From NCBI GenBank assembly GCA_965285935.1, contig OZ260662.1:79670001-79734000 (forward strand): DNA of 64,000 nt, in the 5' to 3' direction. The position numbers and the translations under genes are program-made. Positions 11,483-25,500 of this stretch are shown one piece after another (position 1 is the stretch's first letter; each line of letters starts with the position of its first letter). This DNA is from Ophelia neglecta (Eukaryota). Under the pieces are notes generated by a model, which saw nothing but the letters and a program-made list of their open reading frames with translations, ran no database searches and was not told the DNA's origin.

Positions 11483-12186
11483 GTGTTGATTTTATTACCC
11501 TCGTGATTTAATATAATATAATATAACATTAAATGGTATGACACAAACTATAGTATTTTGTAACTTTTAGTAGCTCTTTAACAATTAGAGTGTAAAAGTC
11601 ATTCACTATTAAAATTGCATTATCATCCATGGTCGGTTTCCTATTTAAATTTAGATTCTAAAGGTGGTGTCCGTGTCAATGAATTTATATAAATATAATC
11701 TCAGGTTAATTATTCCATACTATGGATCCCGAGAAGAGTAAACTTCTGGTTGTTCCAGCACTGAGGAAATCATACCTCCCCCTCCTGCCTATATAACCAA
11801 TACCAGGAGGACTAAGGGTTGGGTAGCTCGCTGACAACATTGGGTTCTATAATAAATAACACTAAAGGATATTCTTACAGTACTTAATAACTAGTCTAAA
11901 GTTTTTTTTAAAGGGTGTGAAATTTTGATATTTGTAGTTAGAAATGGTAGTTAGGGGTCGCTGTTGGATAGCCTGGAGGACTGCCCGGTCCAATGGGTAT
12001 CTTATCAGCGACCCGTATAATAAATCCACCGTGTGATGGGGAGCATGAAGTAGGGGCAGGGATAAGTTTGCTCGGTGGATTAAGGTAGCGATAGTTGAGT
12101 ATGACGTCACGGTATATCGTCACAGGGGAAGGGTCACTAAGGCATTGTGTATCTATATAGTCAATATAAACCTTTCATTTTAAATA

Positions 12187-12228
12187 AAGTCCAGAAGAAG
12201 GCAGGCTTGCCTGCCGAAAATTCGACAT
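12187..12228 (+). ncRNA. Minimal type I hammerhead-ribozyme-like motif in PLE 3' repeat (non-canonical core)
   Basis: GTC-CAGAAGA-A-GGCAGG(CTTG)CCTGCC-GAAA-ATTC-GAC: stem I GTC/GAC, CUGANGA box read as CAGAAGA, 6-bp stem II, GAAA box, palindromic AATT mini-stem III, putative UUC cleavage triplet. Position at the PLE terminus matches known PLE hammerheads. Confidence 0.65.
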
Positions 12229-13576
12229 TAATACCTTGGTGTTTTGTTTTATTTTAATATTATATTGTTACGATTGATTCTAATTCTTGTATTGGATATA
12301 TAATTTGTAATATTGATACAGAATTATGATAATACTATACATTTCTATAGTAGGCCTATAATATAATTACTAATGCACGTGAAATACTATCGAATTATAT
12401 TAAAAATATAATAATAATAATTATACTATCATATTTCAAGTAGGCCCTATAATTTAATTGTAATTCTCTAAAATATATAACTAAAAGTATTTTAAATGTA
12501 ATATATTGAAACAATGAAAGCTAAGTACATGCATTGTAACAACTGGATATCTTTTTTTTGCTACTAATATTTAGAGGCCCTATAGAATTTTTCACTTTTC
12601 AAACTAATAACGATTTATAATACTCGTGATATAATATTTATTAGTCATACATGTTTATAGTATTATATTATAGATAAGATTTTGCATTAATTATAGTTTT
12701 ATAATGGTATCATAAATATCTTTTCAAATGTATTTCTAACCACTTTAGAATTAGGCCTATATAATCAGTAAAATGTTTGCATACTCATGAAAGTATCCAA
12801 TTGATACCATAGCAATAATTAGTATATTGAAAACCTTTTATTAGTACATGTATGATATTCTTTTATTACTTCTTATTGTCAAGCAGTTTATCAAATGCAC
12901 CATTATACGGACCTAGAACCAGAGCATGCCTCGATCTCTACCGAGTCATTTGAAGGGGGTGCATGGGGCACCTGTTTTGTGTTAATTCGCTGAGAGCGGT
13001 GAAGTAGAATTTTTTTAGCCTATATCGGTACAATAGGGGACAACAGGTCATTAGGGCAATATTTAACAGTTTTCTGAGAATTTTCGGTGAATTAAATTTA
13101 TTTATTTATTTGGTGACCGAAAATGGAGTGCGGCGATATATCTTTTTAATTTATTCTTAGGACGGAAGTAAAAAGGGGGTGCGTGGTTTCTCAATGGGTC
13201 CAAGCCCCCCCCCCCCCCCGCCCAACCCACCCACCCACCCCCAGAAACCGCCACTGAAATTTATTTATTGGCCTTTATATTACATAAATAGAGGGGCTTA
13301 CACCGTCTCGATCTGCACGAGATGGGTAATTTTACTGCTGGCTGTCACATTGGGGTTGAAGCAAGAACAGTTTACCTCATTTGCTTGTTTCCATGCCCTC
13401 CTATATTATCTCCAGCTCTGATAGGGCCTATTTTCCCAGTTTGTACTTCTTTTATTTTGCAAAATCACCTAAACCAGGGGCACCCCCCCCCCCATCGGGC
13501 ATATTTATGAACCTTCCCTAAAGCCCTTGTATTCACGTTAGGTGTCGCTGTACGCTGTTCCTGAGTAACTTCATAA

Positions 13577-16500
13577 ATGGAGAAAGCCAGTGCAGCAAAA
13601 ACTCTTTCTTTTTCCTCGAAACTTACACAGTCTCCTGTGATAAGTAGAGGCCAGGATGGGAAATTTATCTTCACAACCGAAGAAATAATTTATATAATTG
13701 TAAGTGGCCTGTCAGTTTTATATATTATTAATAATAGCGGGATACCTATATTATCGCTCACTTTTATGCTTCTCTTGTTCACAGGGATCAATGTTTTTAT
13801 ATGCTATGCTATTGTGCAATGATAATGTTAATATAGCATAGCATATTATGACACTGGTCCATGTGCTCCTGTTAATAAAATAGGGTAAGGGTTTGGGGTT
13901 AATAAGGTATTGTTATTAGGGTCTATGCGTTTAGGATTAGGGTCAGAGTGGTTAGTAGAGCAATGTCTACTCTATGGATTTTACTCTGTGAAGATCTTGG
14001 TTAAGGACTTTTTCTGTGGTTTCCCTGGAGATTTTTTTTTAAATGCTTTCCAAATTGATTGAAGGAAAATTTCCACCTTGTCATGAGGGGTTGGGGCAGG
14101 GCGTGGGGGATGGGTTGGGCAATACAATTGATGACTGCATAAAGCCAGGACAAAAGACGAAAAAAATCCTATCATTTTAAAGAAGTAGTGTGCGACTATC
14201 CATCAAACGTACATAGCACCAGACTGACAGAAACACAAAAGCACAAACCTCCTATAGAAAAATGAATAGGCTTGTATTGGAGCTATAATACTGACCATAC
14301 TATACATCAATAAGAGATCCATGTTTGTGCTAGTGTTCCTTTAGAGGTGAAAGGTGGTGTTTGCCATTACACTTTACATGGTATATTGGTGTAATGATGT
14401 ATGTTGTCAAAGAGGATTCATACACAATTTCTGTAAACCTGTGAAGTATGGGTAGCTGCTCAAGGGTGGCTGATTTTGGTCTAAACCTGTGCATGGATAG
14501 AAACCATGATAAACAAAATGCCCTGATGCAGGGGCCACAGGGCATGACATATTTTTTAAAGCCACTTGCCCAGAGACATAAAATTAAGGCCTTGTTGACA
14601 TACAACACTTGTAAATAAAGCTTCAATTCACTTGCCCGACTTACATTTTTACTTGCCTCGTCCAGGGGGGCAATGGCTTATGTCAGACCCTAAGCCAGTG
14701 TGAGTGTGTTTTGTTGACATTTGGGTTCGAGCAGGTTGGTCCAGAAGGTAGATGGCAGATGTCTGTAAAAGCTGCTGTCGACTTGGTTGCCATGCGATAA
14801 TCTCAGTCATGTCAGACAAGCACTTGTCATTCTGGTATTATTGTGAAACTATTTGTCAACAAACCTAGCTGCCCTTCTCTGGAAATTTCTCTTATGTAAT
14901 ATATTGCGTAATATATTATATATATGTGTAACTCAGATCTCTTTTTTTCAGTATTTTGATATTAAGCTAATGAAGAAACACAATGAGTTACCAATCATTT
15001 CAACAGAGATTGCCCTTCCAACTATACAGGTTGTCTTCGATGTCGGTATAACTTATGAAAAACTTGCAAAAAAGTGCACCACAGGTAGGCATGCAAACAA
15101 GTCAGTTTATTGATGGTAAATCAATCAAGATGCTGGTTTGAGGGGGGGGGGAGAGGGGAGGGGGGGGGGGGGGGGTAAGGGCTTGATATCTTATACAACC
15201 ACCCAGGTGAATAAATATGGTGGTACACATACCCAGATCATAGTTTAGTTACCCTTACAGTGTCAAGATGATTAATTGATTATTAATAATTCTTTTGCCC
15301 TCGGTTCGGGAGAATGCTTGCAAGCTCACCTGAAACGGCACTTGATAAGACTTCTGGGGGTGGCAAAGGACAAATTCCATTATACATGTATATTTCTCTT
15401 TTCTTTCATCAACTTAAGGTGGGGGGCAACAACCACAAACATTGCAGTGATTTTGTCTTATCAAACAAACAATATATATGTGACTGAATGGGTAAATAGC
15501 ATTAAATACATGAACAAGTTAATCATCTTCTTAGTCAATTCAGTATATTTCACTCAACCAACTGGGTATTTTACAAGCCACAGAGAAATGTTATAAGCTC
15601 CTGCAGAATAGGGTTGCTTTTTCAGGCCTTCAAATCTGTATAGATATCCTCCCGTTTTTGCCAATAAATTATTGCTATGAAATCCCCCATTCCTCAAAGA
15701 TTCTATGAAATAGTAAATTGACTTTTACATGTATATCAGTTCTGGGCTATGTGTTACTAGATTCTCATCTCTTAAACCCAAAACACTAAGACTAATATAT
15801 ATTTCTAATTATATATAAGTATCGTACATTTTTCAGTATTCAAGATATGGTGTAATAAGGCCCAAAGACGTAAGTTTTGAAGATGGGCAGAAAAAAAATG
15901 CTAGAGTAAGATGCTATTATGAAGTATATTAGATTTACATGTACTTTATAAAAACAGTAAGTCATATTTACATACTGCCATTGAGTGTTTTATTTTTATA
16001 ATATCACCAGATGAATGGAACACGTTGGTCTTGAAGCGACTGGTTCCTTCTCCTCAGCTGCCTGAAGATGCTTGGACTCAGAAGGGTTACAGGACTGCAG
16101 CCTTCTCACCTGCAAAGGTGGATTGCAATAACAGGTATTTACCTGAATAAAAAGCAAGAAACACCAACTGAAGATAATCTTTTATAATTTGCCGCATACT
16201 ATACATAGAATTTAAGTAAATGTACACTCAGAATTAAATTTTGCAGGGTAGGCATACATGTGTATACACTGAAGTTAAATTCTTGCAAAATTTGCATGCA
16301 GGGGCAGAGTTAAGCAAAAATGAATGGGAGGTCTTTTACTTGGAGACAGTAACTGTGAACGTCCTGTAGTTCCGAAAGGTTGGTGTTGTCATAGGATTGT
16401 ACACTGGCTAACATTACCATGTAGTAATCCTAAAATTTGGGTAAGGAATAACAAGTGGTTTATGATGCAATTCTACCTCCTGTTAAGGGAACTTCCCTGC

Positions 16501-19500
16501 CCTTTTTTTATGAAATTTGATTTATCAAATGTAATATTGTTAATTTGTTAGCCGTTTCTCAGTTTATAAAACCAGTCAGATGGGCTGGCTTCAGTACCAT
16601 ATAAAGCCAAATTTCATGCCTAATCAAATGGCCTTCACCAATTCCCCCACCTGACCTGATGAATGTAAGGCGAGTGGTTATTTAGATAAATGATAACATA
16701 ACCTAGTTGTAGGAGCTCCTACCACATCTGTGATACATGAGACTTTTTAGTTTGGTCTATTGTGGATTCAAAAATCAACTAAACCAATAAAAACCCGGGG
16801 AAGGGGGTGTTTTCGCCCATGCTACCAGCAGCACTGCTTTTGAAGGGTCGTCTTAAGACCATCATCTGCACCACTTGCTGCATAACCAATCAAAAATAAC
16901 TTCCTGGGTGATGAAACAAAGTGGCTTATTTTAAGCATTAATGGGGTTTTTTTTGTGGCCATCTGACTGAGTTCTTTAGTTCAGACGGCCATATTAGTAA
17001 ATAGGCGGGATCTCACAAGGCTTATGGTCAACAGCTTAAGATGGGAATTTTAACATGGCATCTGTACACTCGAGAAAGGTTTTTTGACACTGGTTTGTAG
17101 TATTCTCATAATGCAGTATCATGACAGCCCAAGTATTAGTAATCTGAAACCTGTATGTAGTTGTGGGTTTCATTTATACCACTTTCAATTAATGTATCCT
17201 TATTTACTGGTAAAAGCATGAATTTTTCCCAAGAAAGCCAGTTGACCTATATTATGCCCATGGTTGTAAGAGAGTTTGTTGAAACGTCCTGTTGTACTGA
17301 CTTAGTGACTTTTTTTGAAGATGTGTGCTAATCAAAAACACCAGTTACTTTACTTTGCCCCTGCCTTTTGGTATCACAACAACACTCTGCACAACACTAG
17401 ACTGAAGATAAATAAATTATATTGCTTCCCATAGATACATGTTCCTTCATGTAGAATGGAAAATATTGAAATGTTATTAAAGTGCAAACAGCCGTTTCTT
17501 TGAAATTATCCGTTGAATGCATCTAAAGTTAATGGCTTTATTTCCAAGATCCATGTTGGCAACCTTGACCTTAGATGGGAACCTAAGACTTCTTCAGAAA
17601 GGAAAGACAGTGCATCTCTGGAATGAGGTAATACCCACGGGGAATGTGGTAGATTTTGACCTAAGGAATGGGGTAGTTGTTTCTGCAAAGCTGCTGAAGG
17701 GTTAAAAATTATTATTCTACAGAATCTGATGAGTATTGTAGATGAAGGTGTGCTGATGAATTTACAATAACATTAAGTGGAAATGGGGTGTGGGTTTGAA
17801 CTGGTCTAAACCCTTAACCTCTGCCTCCAATAAAATTTTGTTTCCATATCCCCTGCACAACACTAAGTCAACAAACATGTAGAGAAAAACCAAACAGCCA
17901 GATGCAACACCACACAACCTCTCACCCCACATAGTTTCCAAAGAAATAGTATTTAAATATACAGTCATATTCTTACAGGCTTACCAGAATTGATATTCAG
18001 GGTTTGATAGTAATTGAGGGTTTAAATTTCAGATTGCAAACCTTTCGGAAATGTGGTACACACATGTAAGGAAAAATGATTACAGTCTGCTGGATGGTAG
18101 GCTGATCAGTCAGGACAAAAACAGCACAGAATACGAAAAATATGTAGCCCGACAGAATAGTCTCTCCTCAATTGGCAAGTCTTACTTCAGTTAGAAAACT
18201 AATGATGTAATGTAAGTGTTAGTAAATAATTAAAGTTATAGCCCTTACGCCACCTGTTTTTTTCCATGCCACTTACTTCTTTGAGAAGATATATGTACTA
18301 GTGAATATAATCTTACAAATATCTACATATGACCAAGGATTGTTTAACTAAATGTAACAGACATTTATTTAATGTGTACTTTTCTGAGCTTAGTCTTTTT
18401 TTTATTAAACTTCTATCTCTTCCAGCCCTAGCTTGGTCTACAGTATTAGACCCAAGCAGAAAAGATCTCAACAAATTTGTCATTCTGGCATCAGCCATGA
18501 AGTCTGGGCATGTGGTGTTGTGGAAAGTGAATGTACCATATACAACAATACAGTAAGTTGGTTTTGATAGTTTGAGGTTAAAGGTGAACAGAATGATATT
18601 ATGGTTAAAGGAAGAGCCTTGCATAGGAGCTGGATTCAATGTGTTGTGTTGTCAAATACCTGAGTATGTCATAAAACACCAAAAGTAGAGTAAATAGGTG
18701 GTTTATGATGTTGTAATAAAGTGAAACTATGGTGACACAAAAAACTTTATTAAGGGCCTCCATCGTGATCCTCTTAGCCTGTATACCCTTGTGAAGTGCA
18801 AATCATCGCTTATACACATTCAAGAAATCTAAAGAACCAGAAGCAGAAAAAATAATTTTCTCAAGGGGTCAGATATTCATTTAATATTTACATTCACAAT
18901 AGAAACTAATACAAATGATAAACAGCGTATGTGACTCATTATTTCATACCATTCCAATACTGTATGTTACACAAACCCCTACTGTGTAAATCCTTCATAT
19001 TGTGTGTTATTTTATCAGGAATATCAGTCTATTGGATGTGATAGATACAGAAATGGGATATCCATCAAAAATGTGCTTCTGTCATCTGAGCACCCAAACA
19101 GGTAACCATGTTAAAAGCTTGTCTCTTATTTTAAGCACCATTTATAATTTTTTGGTCTCGTAAGAGACAGTAATACTTTTTGAATGAAGGAAGTTCTTTG
19201 TTAATAACATACAAATATGTTATTATCTAATATCCAACATGTCTTTTGTCAGTAATTCACCTTTTTAGTTATGAAATACCAAGTTGATTTTGAATGAGCT
19301 ATTCCATTTAATAATATTGGGAGGGGGGAGGAACAAGGCTGGGATGCCTTCAGATGTTTTAGTGCGTAATCAAACGTTATACATCCTAGGTAAGTTTAAA
19401 ACCATGTAAGCTCTTTAACACTGGACATAGCAAGGAGAGTTACATCAAATCCGGTGAGTCATGGAAATGGACCCATGTACACCCACAGCAAGATGACTAG

Positions 19501-22500
19501 AGTTTTTATTGCTATTTGGTCGTAAGTGCAATGATGGACACTGGGTACACAATATTTATGCATGAAAATCTTAAGTGTGGCAATAGAAAATAATAAATCT
19601 TATGTAACTGATACCTTTTGTAAAAAAACATTTTAATTGTTTTTAATAAAAAAAATATTTATAAAATTCGCGCATGACACAACCAACTAACAGTTGAAGG
19701 AGATAATGGCAGCCTGATTTTCTGGCCTACCAAAGTATCCCAGCTTGCAATATGGTCTTCCATTTCTTGCCAGATGGCACATTCATAAAAAAAATTGGTC
19801 CTGCATATCCCTATTGTTCCATTTAGCCGTATACATTGTACTCTCTTGAGATGCATACAATATGAGAATATCAGAAAAAAATGAAAATGTATGCTATTTT
19901 TGTTTCAGTTCTTTGTGTTGGCTTCGGAAATGGCTCAGTGCAATCTTATGTACTGGAAGGCATCAGCAGCAACCTTTTAACTATAACCAGTTCTCCCATC
20001 TGGTCTGATTGTGACCTCATAACAGTGTCTGATATGGTGTGGTGTGAAAAGGTGGATTTTTTATATTCTTAATAGAAAAAGAGAACATATTTGTTGAATG
20101 CTTGTATTCTAATACAATCATGTACAGGCCAATGTAGCTTGCACATCTACTCAATTAAAAAGCAAGAAAATGATTTGTTAAAAACAAACTTAGTTGATAT
20201 ACATTATTATATAATTATCATCCTATTTCAGGAACAGACTCTGGCTATTTCTAAAGGTCCATATCTGGTCTTAGCTAGGCTTACAGCATCAAAGGAAGCA
20301 GTCCAAGTCGAAATCAAACATCACAAAATTGGGAACCGAAGTACAATATCAGGTATTAGAATAATCAGATAAAAGTACGGTTGTTATTAGGATCAACTTA
20401 TAATTTCCACAAATATTGACCTGTTCATAAAAATATATTCTAAAAATTTACTTTAATCTTTGTAATAAATGATACCTGCTTTTTTTGTTAGTATACAAAT
20501 TTATATTAGAACACAAATTTATGGCTCTCTATAGTCCTGTTTACTTTAGATGTAAACTGTGAGCTGGCTTGTCCTTACATCTAAGCGGGCTATGTATTGT
20601 CAGTATATATAAAATACAGTATGCATGCTGATATTAAGGTGTGTATATTGCACATTGCCTCTCTAAACCACTATCCAGTCAATTCTGAATCTGAAGTTTT
20701 ATTTGAATTTTATTATTAAACCAAGTGATTTGATTTGTAAATGTATTTCAATTGCTAGGACTGTGGTACTCCAAAGAGGTTCTTTTTGCCAGCCTCTCAG
20801 ACTGCACCATATATACAGGCTCCTTAGACATGGGTGGTAGAGGTTTGTATACCTTGTGAGAAGCACTGCATCTAGTGATTAATACACATTAAATGCATTT
20901 TGGCAGGGAGAAATACACATGGTATCCTGATGGTTCTGAAAAATATGCCAAGAAATACACTAAATTAAATATTTGTGGGCGAGATGTATCTAAAGTTGCA
21001 TATTTTCATGCATATTCTTCAGAATCAGCTGGATTTTCTTAAATGTTCATCCATGCTGAAACATCTCAAACAACTATGTTTCATGTTTAAATATTTCTAA
21101 TTTTAGAAATAGGTTTGTTTCCTTAAATGATTACAAGCCATTTTCCTAATATTTTGATTGGTTAGGTTAAGATTATTTCATTATTTCATCATCATTATTA
21201 TTTTTCATTATACTCATGCAACTAAAATGTTACTCACTGGTCTTATTGGAAACTGAACTACCCGGTACTCATGAAAATCACTAAATGCTGTGTTGATGAT
21301 GTCTACTTTAACTAATGATATCTGCTAACTGATTGAATAACACTGCTATTCATGCCAAGTTATATTATACTATTTTTCTAATATATATTGTTTGACATGT
21401 TTGCATTTGTTTCTCGGCTGTTTTTCTCTTGTTTTTTTTTCTCTCTTAATTTGCACAAGTAACTCTGCACTTAGGGCGACCTGTAACTACAGTTTCGGCC
21501 ATTACTGGCGTCCTGGCAATTGTACAAATTGTGTACCTTATATCTTGTATTTTTTACTCTGCTTATAATAACATGACACATTTATATGATCCATAATTCA
21601 GTGACCCAGGTCATCATGATTAACAAGATCATCATGATTAACGATCACATCGTAAATAAATTTTTGGTGTGTAATGATAGATTTCAATATGGCACAATGC
21701 TACACACATGACAGTAATAAACAGCTTTGTAGATTATTCAATTTTTACACTGCCACTTGATCAATTAAAAGTTACTGCATGGGAGATCATCTGTTCATGA
21801 CAGAATATAAACAAGGTGTACGTTGTTACAACATGTGAAGTGGTATATTACAGGTTATTTGTATCAGGCTCTGAGCCAGCTTAGCAGTCCAGGTGCTTGG
21901 CAGTCACATGGTATATGTACCTCAGCCAATGATGCTTTTGTATTAACAGTTCAGAGGTAGGTCTGGGAACACAGCTCAATGCATCTTTCAATAAGTTTGC
22001 TCTGCACAACATGCCATATCACATGGTCTCAAAAAGAAATTTGTCATAATCAATAAATAAATAATTGATAACTGTATGATATAGCTCCCCAAGTCTGGAA
22101 GAAGGGGTTTGTTAAACCTTGTTTTAATAGTAAGAAGAGTAAGTGAGCCTGATTTGTGATTATTTTTATGTACACTGTATAATATGACCTTGACATTATT
22201 AATATAGTGGTACTATCAGAAACTTTTTTTTCCTTCAGTCCATGTGTTTTCTATGATCATCTTTCCCTCAAGGAACCAGTTCAGGTAAATACTCCTATTC
22301 TGTTCTAAAAGACTATAATTTTATTTTGCCTAGTTGCATGTATTCAAATTGTTTGTTACTTTAAGAGAGCCCTAAATTCTTGTCAGTGCACGCATCAGTG
22401 TTTGAGGTGCACTACAAGTTTTTCTGAGTTGTTGCCCACATTGCTGAAGACTGCCAGTTTTTTGAGCATTTCAGTGAACCGTTAGATGGTCACATTTAGT

Positions 22501-25500
22501 GCCATGGTCTATGAATAAAGGACCGGTTATCTCCGCTTTCTCTGGTTATACTTTGCCTTTTATCATTGAATAAAAGCTAAAACAGTGAGGCCCATTACAA
22601 TTTAGTTCACTATAATAATAGTCATGTGATCACAAGCATGTTTGTTATGGCACAGCTTGTTCACTGGTAGTATTCACGCTTCACTATTTTTTCATAGAAA
22701 AACATTTTAAAATCAATGAAATGGAATGACTGCTAGTGGCAGATTATGATATTATGTACACCATGGCCGCTATTGACACCAATCAAAAGTCAGATAGATG
22801 ATTGTGACACCCAAACACTCACCCGAATCATGCCCCATAATCCAGCTTCCAAGCTGTGTTCTCTCGCAACCAGTAAACCAACCATTATTTGTAAATACCA
22901 GTGCTAGGCCATGGTGAACAGTAGTTGGAAAGTAATGCTAATACTGTCATGGTAAAATGTTGGGACTAGTTTAAATGTGCAAATATTGCGAAGCAGAACT
23001 CAATCACAAAAATTAACCAAATGTGAATATTGTATTTGCATGTATATAATTATTAATAGGGCCTACATATCTTTGGGATGCAATAAAAACCCGGTTAAGA
23101 GTCAATTTTTGCAAAACTGCATGCAATTTTTTACCCTTACAGTAATTGAAACATTAGGGCATATCTTTCTGACATTGTAGCATTGCTACCAGAAAATTAT
23201 TTGGTTCATTGTGATCCACTCCTTGTCACTAAACAGCACATTTAATCCAGGCCTATGGTTATTAGTCTGTCATTTTCCAGTAACAAAAAGGTAGTTTTTT
23301 ATTAGCTACTTGTAAAGTATGTCTTTCTCTCCAGTTAAAGGTATCCTATTACAAATCCATGGCGGAGGTTGCCTCAGATTTGGTGCAAAATGATGGAACA
23401 AGTAAGCACACGTTTAATCTTTAGATTACCAATATTAAAAAATTCATTATTTCCAATTTTATAAGGGTCACTTATTGGGATAAGGAGTAGACTGACGGCA
23501 GCAAGATATTTGATCTGTTGAGGGATTTAATGTGACAGTGAGTGTCTTTGTGCTTTTTTGTTTTCAGCTGACTTGTCTCAGTTCAGTGACCATCTGATGT
23601 GTTTGACCTGTGCCCAGATTCAAGGTCAGCCATGGCCCCCCTTACTTGACGAACTCTTTGGATCAGCCAACAACATAGCCACCCTCCCTGTGTTCTCTTT
23701 GAAGTTATTCAGGCAAGTACCAGAATATTATTCTTCTTTTTCCCATGACTACACTAGTCACAACATTCGTGGCACTTGTCAGTTGATTAGTAATCTCCTC
23801 AGATGCTCAATATTACAGAATTCTATACCAAATGAAGCTGACATACGTTTCTGACCCAGCTTTTGCACTCACATTGAATCAAGATTTAGATGACGTTCAA
23901 AAGGTAAATTCAGTTATTTTTTCTGATCACATTGATGTTAAAAAGAGCAGATATCATTGACTTAATAAGTAAAATGATATTGACTATTTTAATGATATTA
24001 TCACAATTAAATGTTTTTGTTTCACCAAGTTTACATGCACTGCACCCATTCTGTTTTTCATAAATATTTTCGTCTTGGAGGCACATAAGCTCTGGCTTCT
24101 TGCCTCTGGTTGACACCTAGTGTTTAATTTTCTTTGTATTGATTTCTTTTGCTACAAGTCTACTACTCACTATTGTTTTACCAATTATAATGTTTCTGTT
24201 ATATTTATTTAGCTTGTCTTATATTGTTATCCTTCTTTTGTTCTCTTTGGTTGGCCTTACATGTAACACGTTTTTATCTTGGTGTCTATAAACTTTTTTG
24301 AATTGAATTGAAGTTATTTCACATTCCATTTGATATTCATACAAATGCTGCCACTACATCAAAGCATTGTTTTATGAATTAAGAAACACATTTGTAACCA
24401 ACTGACACATGAGCATTCTTTAATGTTTAGAAGTTAATAGCCTCCAGTATCAAGTCCCTGGGTACAGAGATCATGAAGAGACACCTGACACAGTTTATCA
24501 CAGGCTGTTCACAGCATCAGCTCACTGATATTGGTAGGTTTCTCTTCTTTCTTGAGTGTAAAGGTGGATAGCAGTGTTTAGGCATCAATTATATCAAAGA
24601 CTTAGTAGCTCATGAACTAAGGAAACTAAAAATGTGCTTGAAAAAATAATTGTCTCTTTCCATACCTGCCTCTTTTTTGTTTCATCCATTTTCAGATTTC
24701 AGGAAATTTTCAATGCTATGCACAAAGTACAATAGTCCAATTAGATAGGATTAGAATCTGTTTCTAAAAGTCGTTTTTTATGTGCCTCAGGAATTTTAGA
24801 AATTAAAATGCCTGAGAATACTTTTATTTATTTATTTTGTATAGACTAATTGGGTAAAGAAAAGCTGTGCTGACTTTTAAGAGTGACTAATTGAAAAACT
24901 CTTAATTGGATAAAAGTAAAAAAGGGAAAGAGAGCTTATTTTAGTGATATGTGTAGAGGTGAATATTATATAATATATCAGTAAAAAACATATATACTAT
25001 ATAATATAAATGCATTGTATTCACCTGCATACATGTACAAGTACACCAGTAACACATTGTCTATGGCCCGTTTATCCACAGATAAGCAGCGGTTGAGCCT
25101 TGCAAAAAAGTTCTATCTTCAGATAGCTCAGTGCTCACCATACGGAAAAGACAATCCAGTATTTTCCAGTGCTGAAGCCATCCCAGAAATCTGCAAACTT
25201 TGCAAATCAGGCAAGTAGCAAAACTGAAATACCGGGTAAAGGCCACCTTAATGTTAATAGTCTAGCCAGGAAATTAGATGCATGCATGAACTGGAGTTCA
25301 TGCCAAAGACATGTGTTTGACTTATTCTCAAGGATGTCGCTCTATAGAGTGGGGTGTGGGACATTATTGGAGCCTCCTAGTATATGGGTGGGGTGGGGGT
25401 GGGGGGGGGGGGGGTAGAGTTTTATTTGACCACATTAACCGTTGAGATTTTTGCAGAATGTATGATTGTTTTGGGATATGTATTTATTTGGTTTTATTGA

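Larger units (their letters stand above)
5738..12282. mobile_element. Neptune-type Penelope-like retroelement, two head-to-head arms (inverted duplication)
   Basis: 5738-8140 is the near-exact reverse complement of 9845-12255. 8141-9844 is unique 5' sequence of the left (-) arm. Both arms encode RT followed by a C-terminal GIY-YIG endonuclease with a Cys-rich linker. Candidate 12-bp direct flanking repeat ATTCTTGTATTG at 5726-5737 and 12283-12294. Confidence 0.92.

Noticed and set aside
11761-11780. CTGAGGA as a second hammerhead core
   Set aside because: No downstream stem II + GAAA box, and the left arm reads ATGAGGA.
10762-12081. Selenoprotein/SECIS hypothesis for the PLE (TGA at 10762, AUGA-containing hairpin at 12040-12075)
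   Set aside because: The TGA results from the A8 frameshift and is out of frame with the endonuclease. The hairpin lacks SECIS helix-2 spacing and an apical AA. Domain order is not the Naiad type.
13861-13970. TAGGGT-rich stretch as interstitial telomere
   Set aside because: Only scattered degenerate units; more likely part of a common small repeat.
15141-15175. Poly-G/poly-C tracts (also ~681, 13205, 25390, 26735, 28219, 52941)
   Set aside because: Simple homopolymers frequent throughout the window; G4 potential is not evidence of function.
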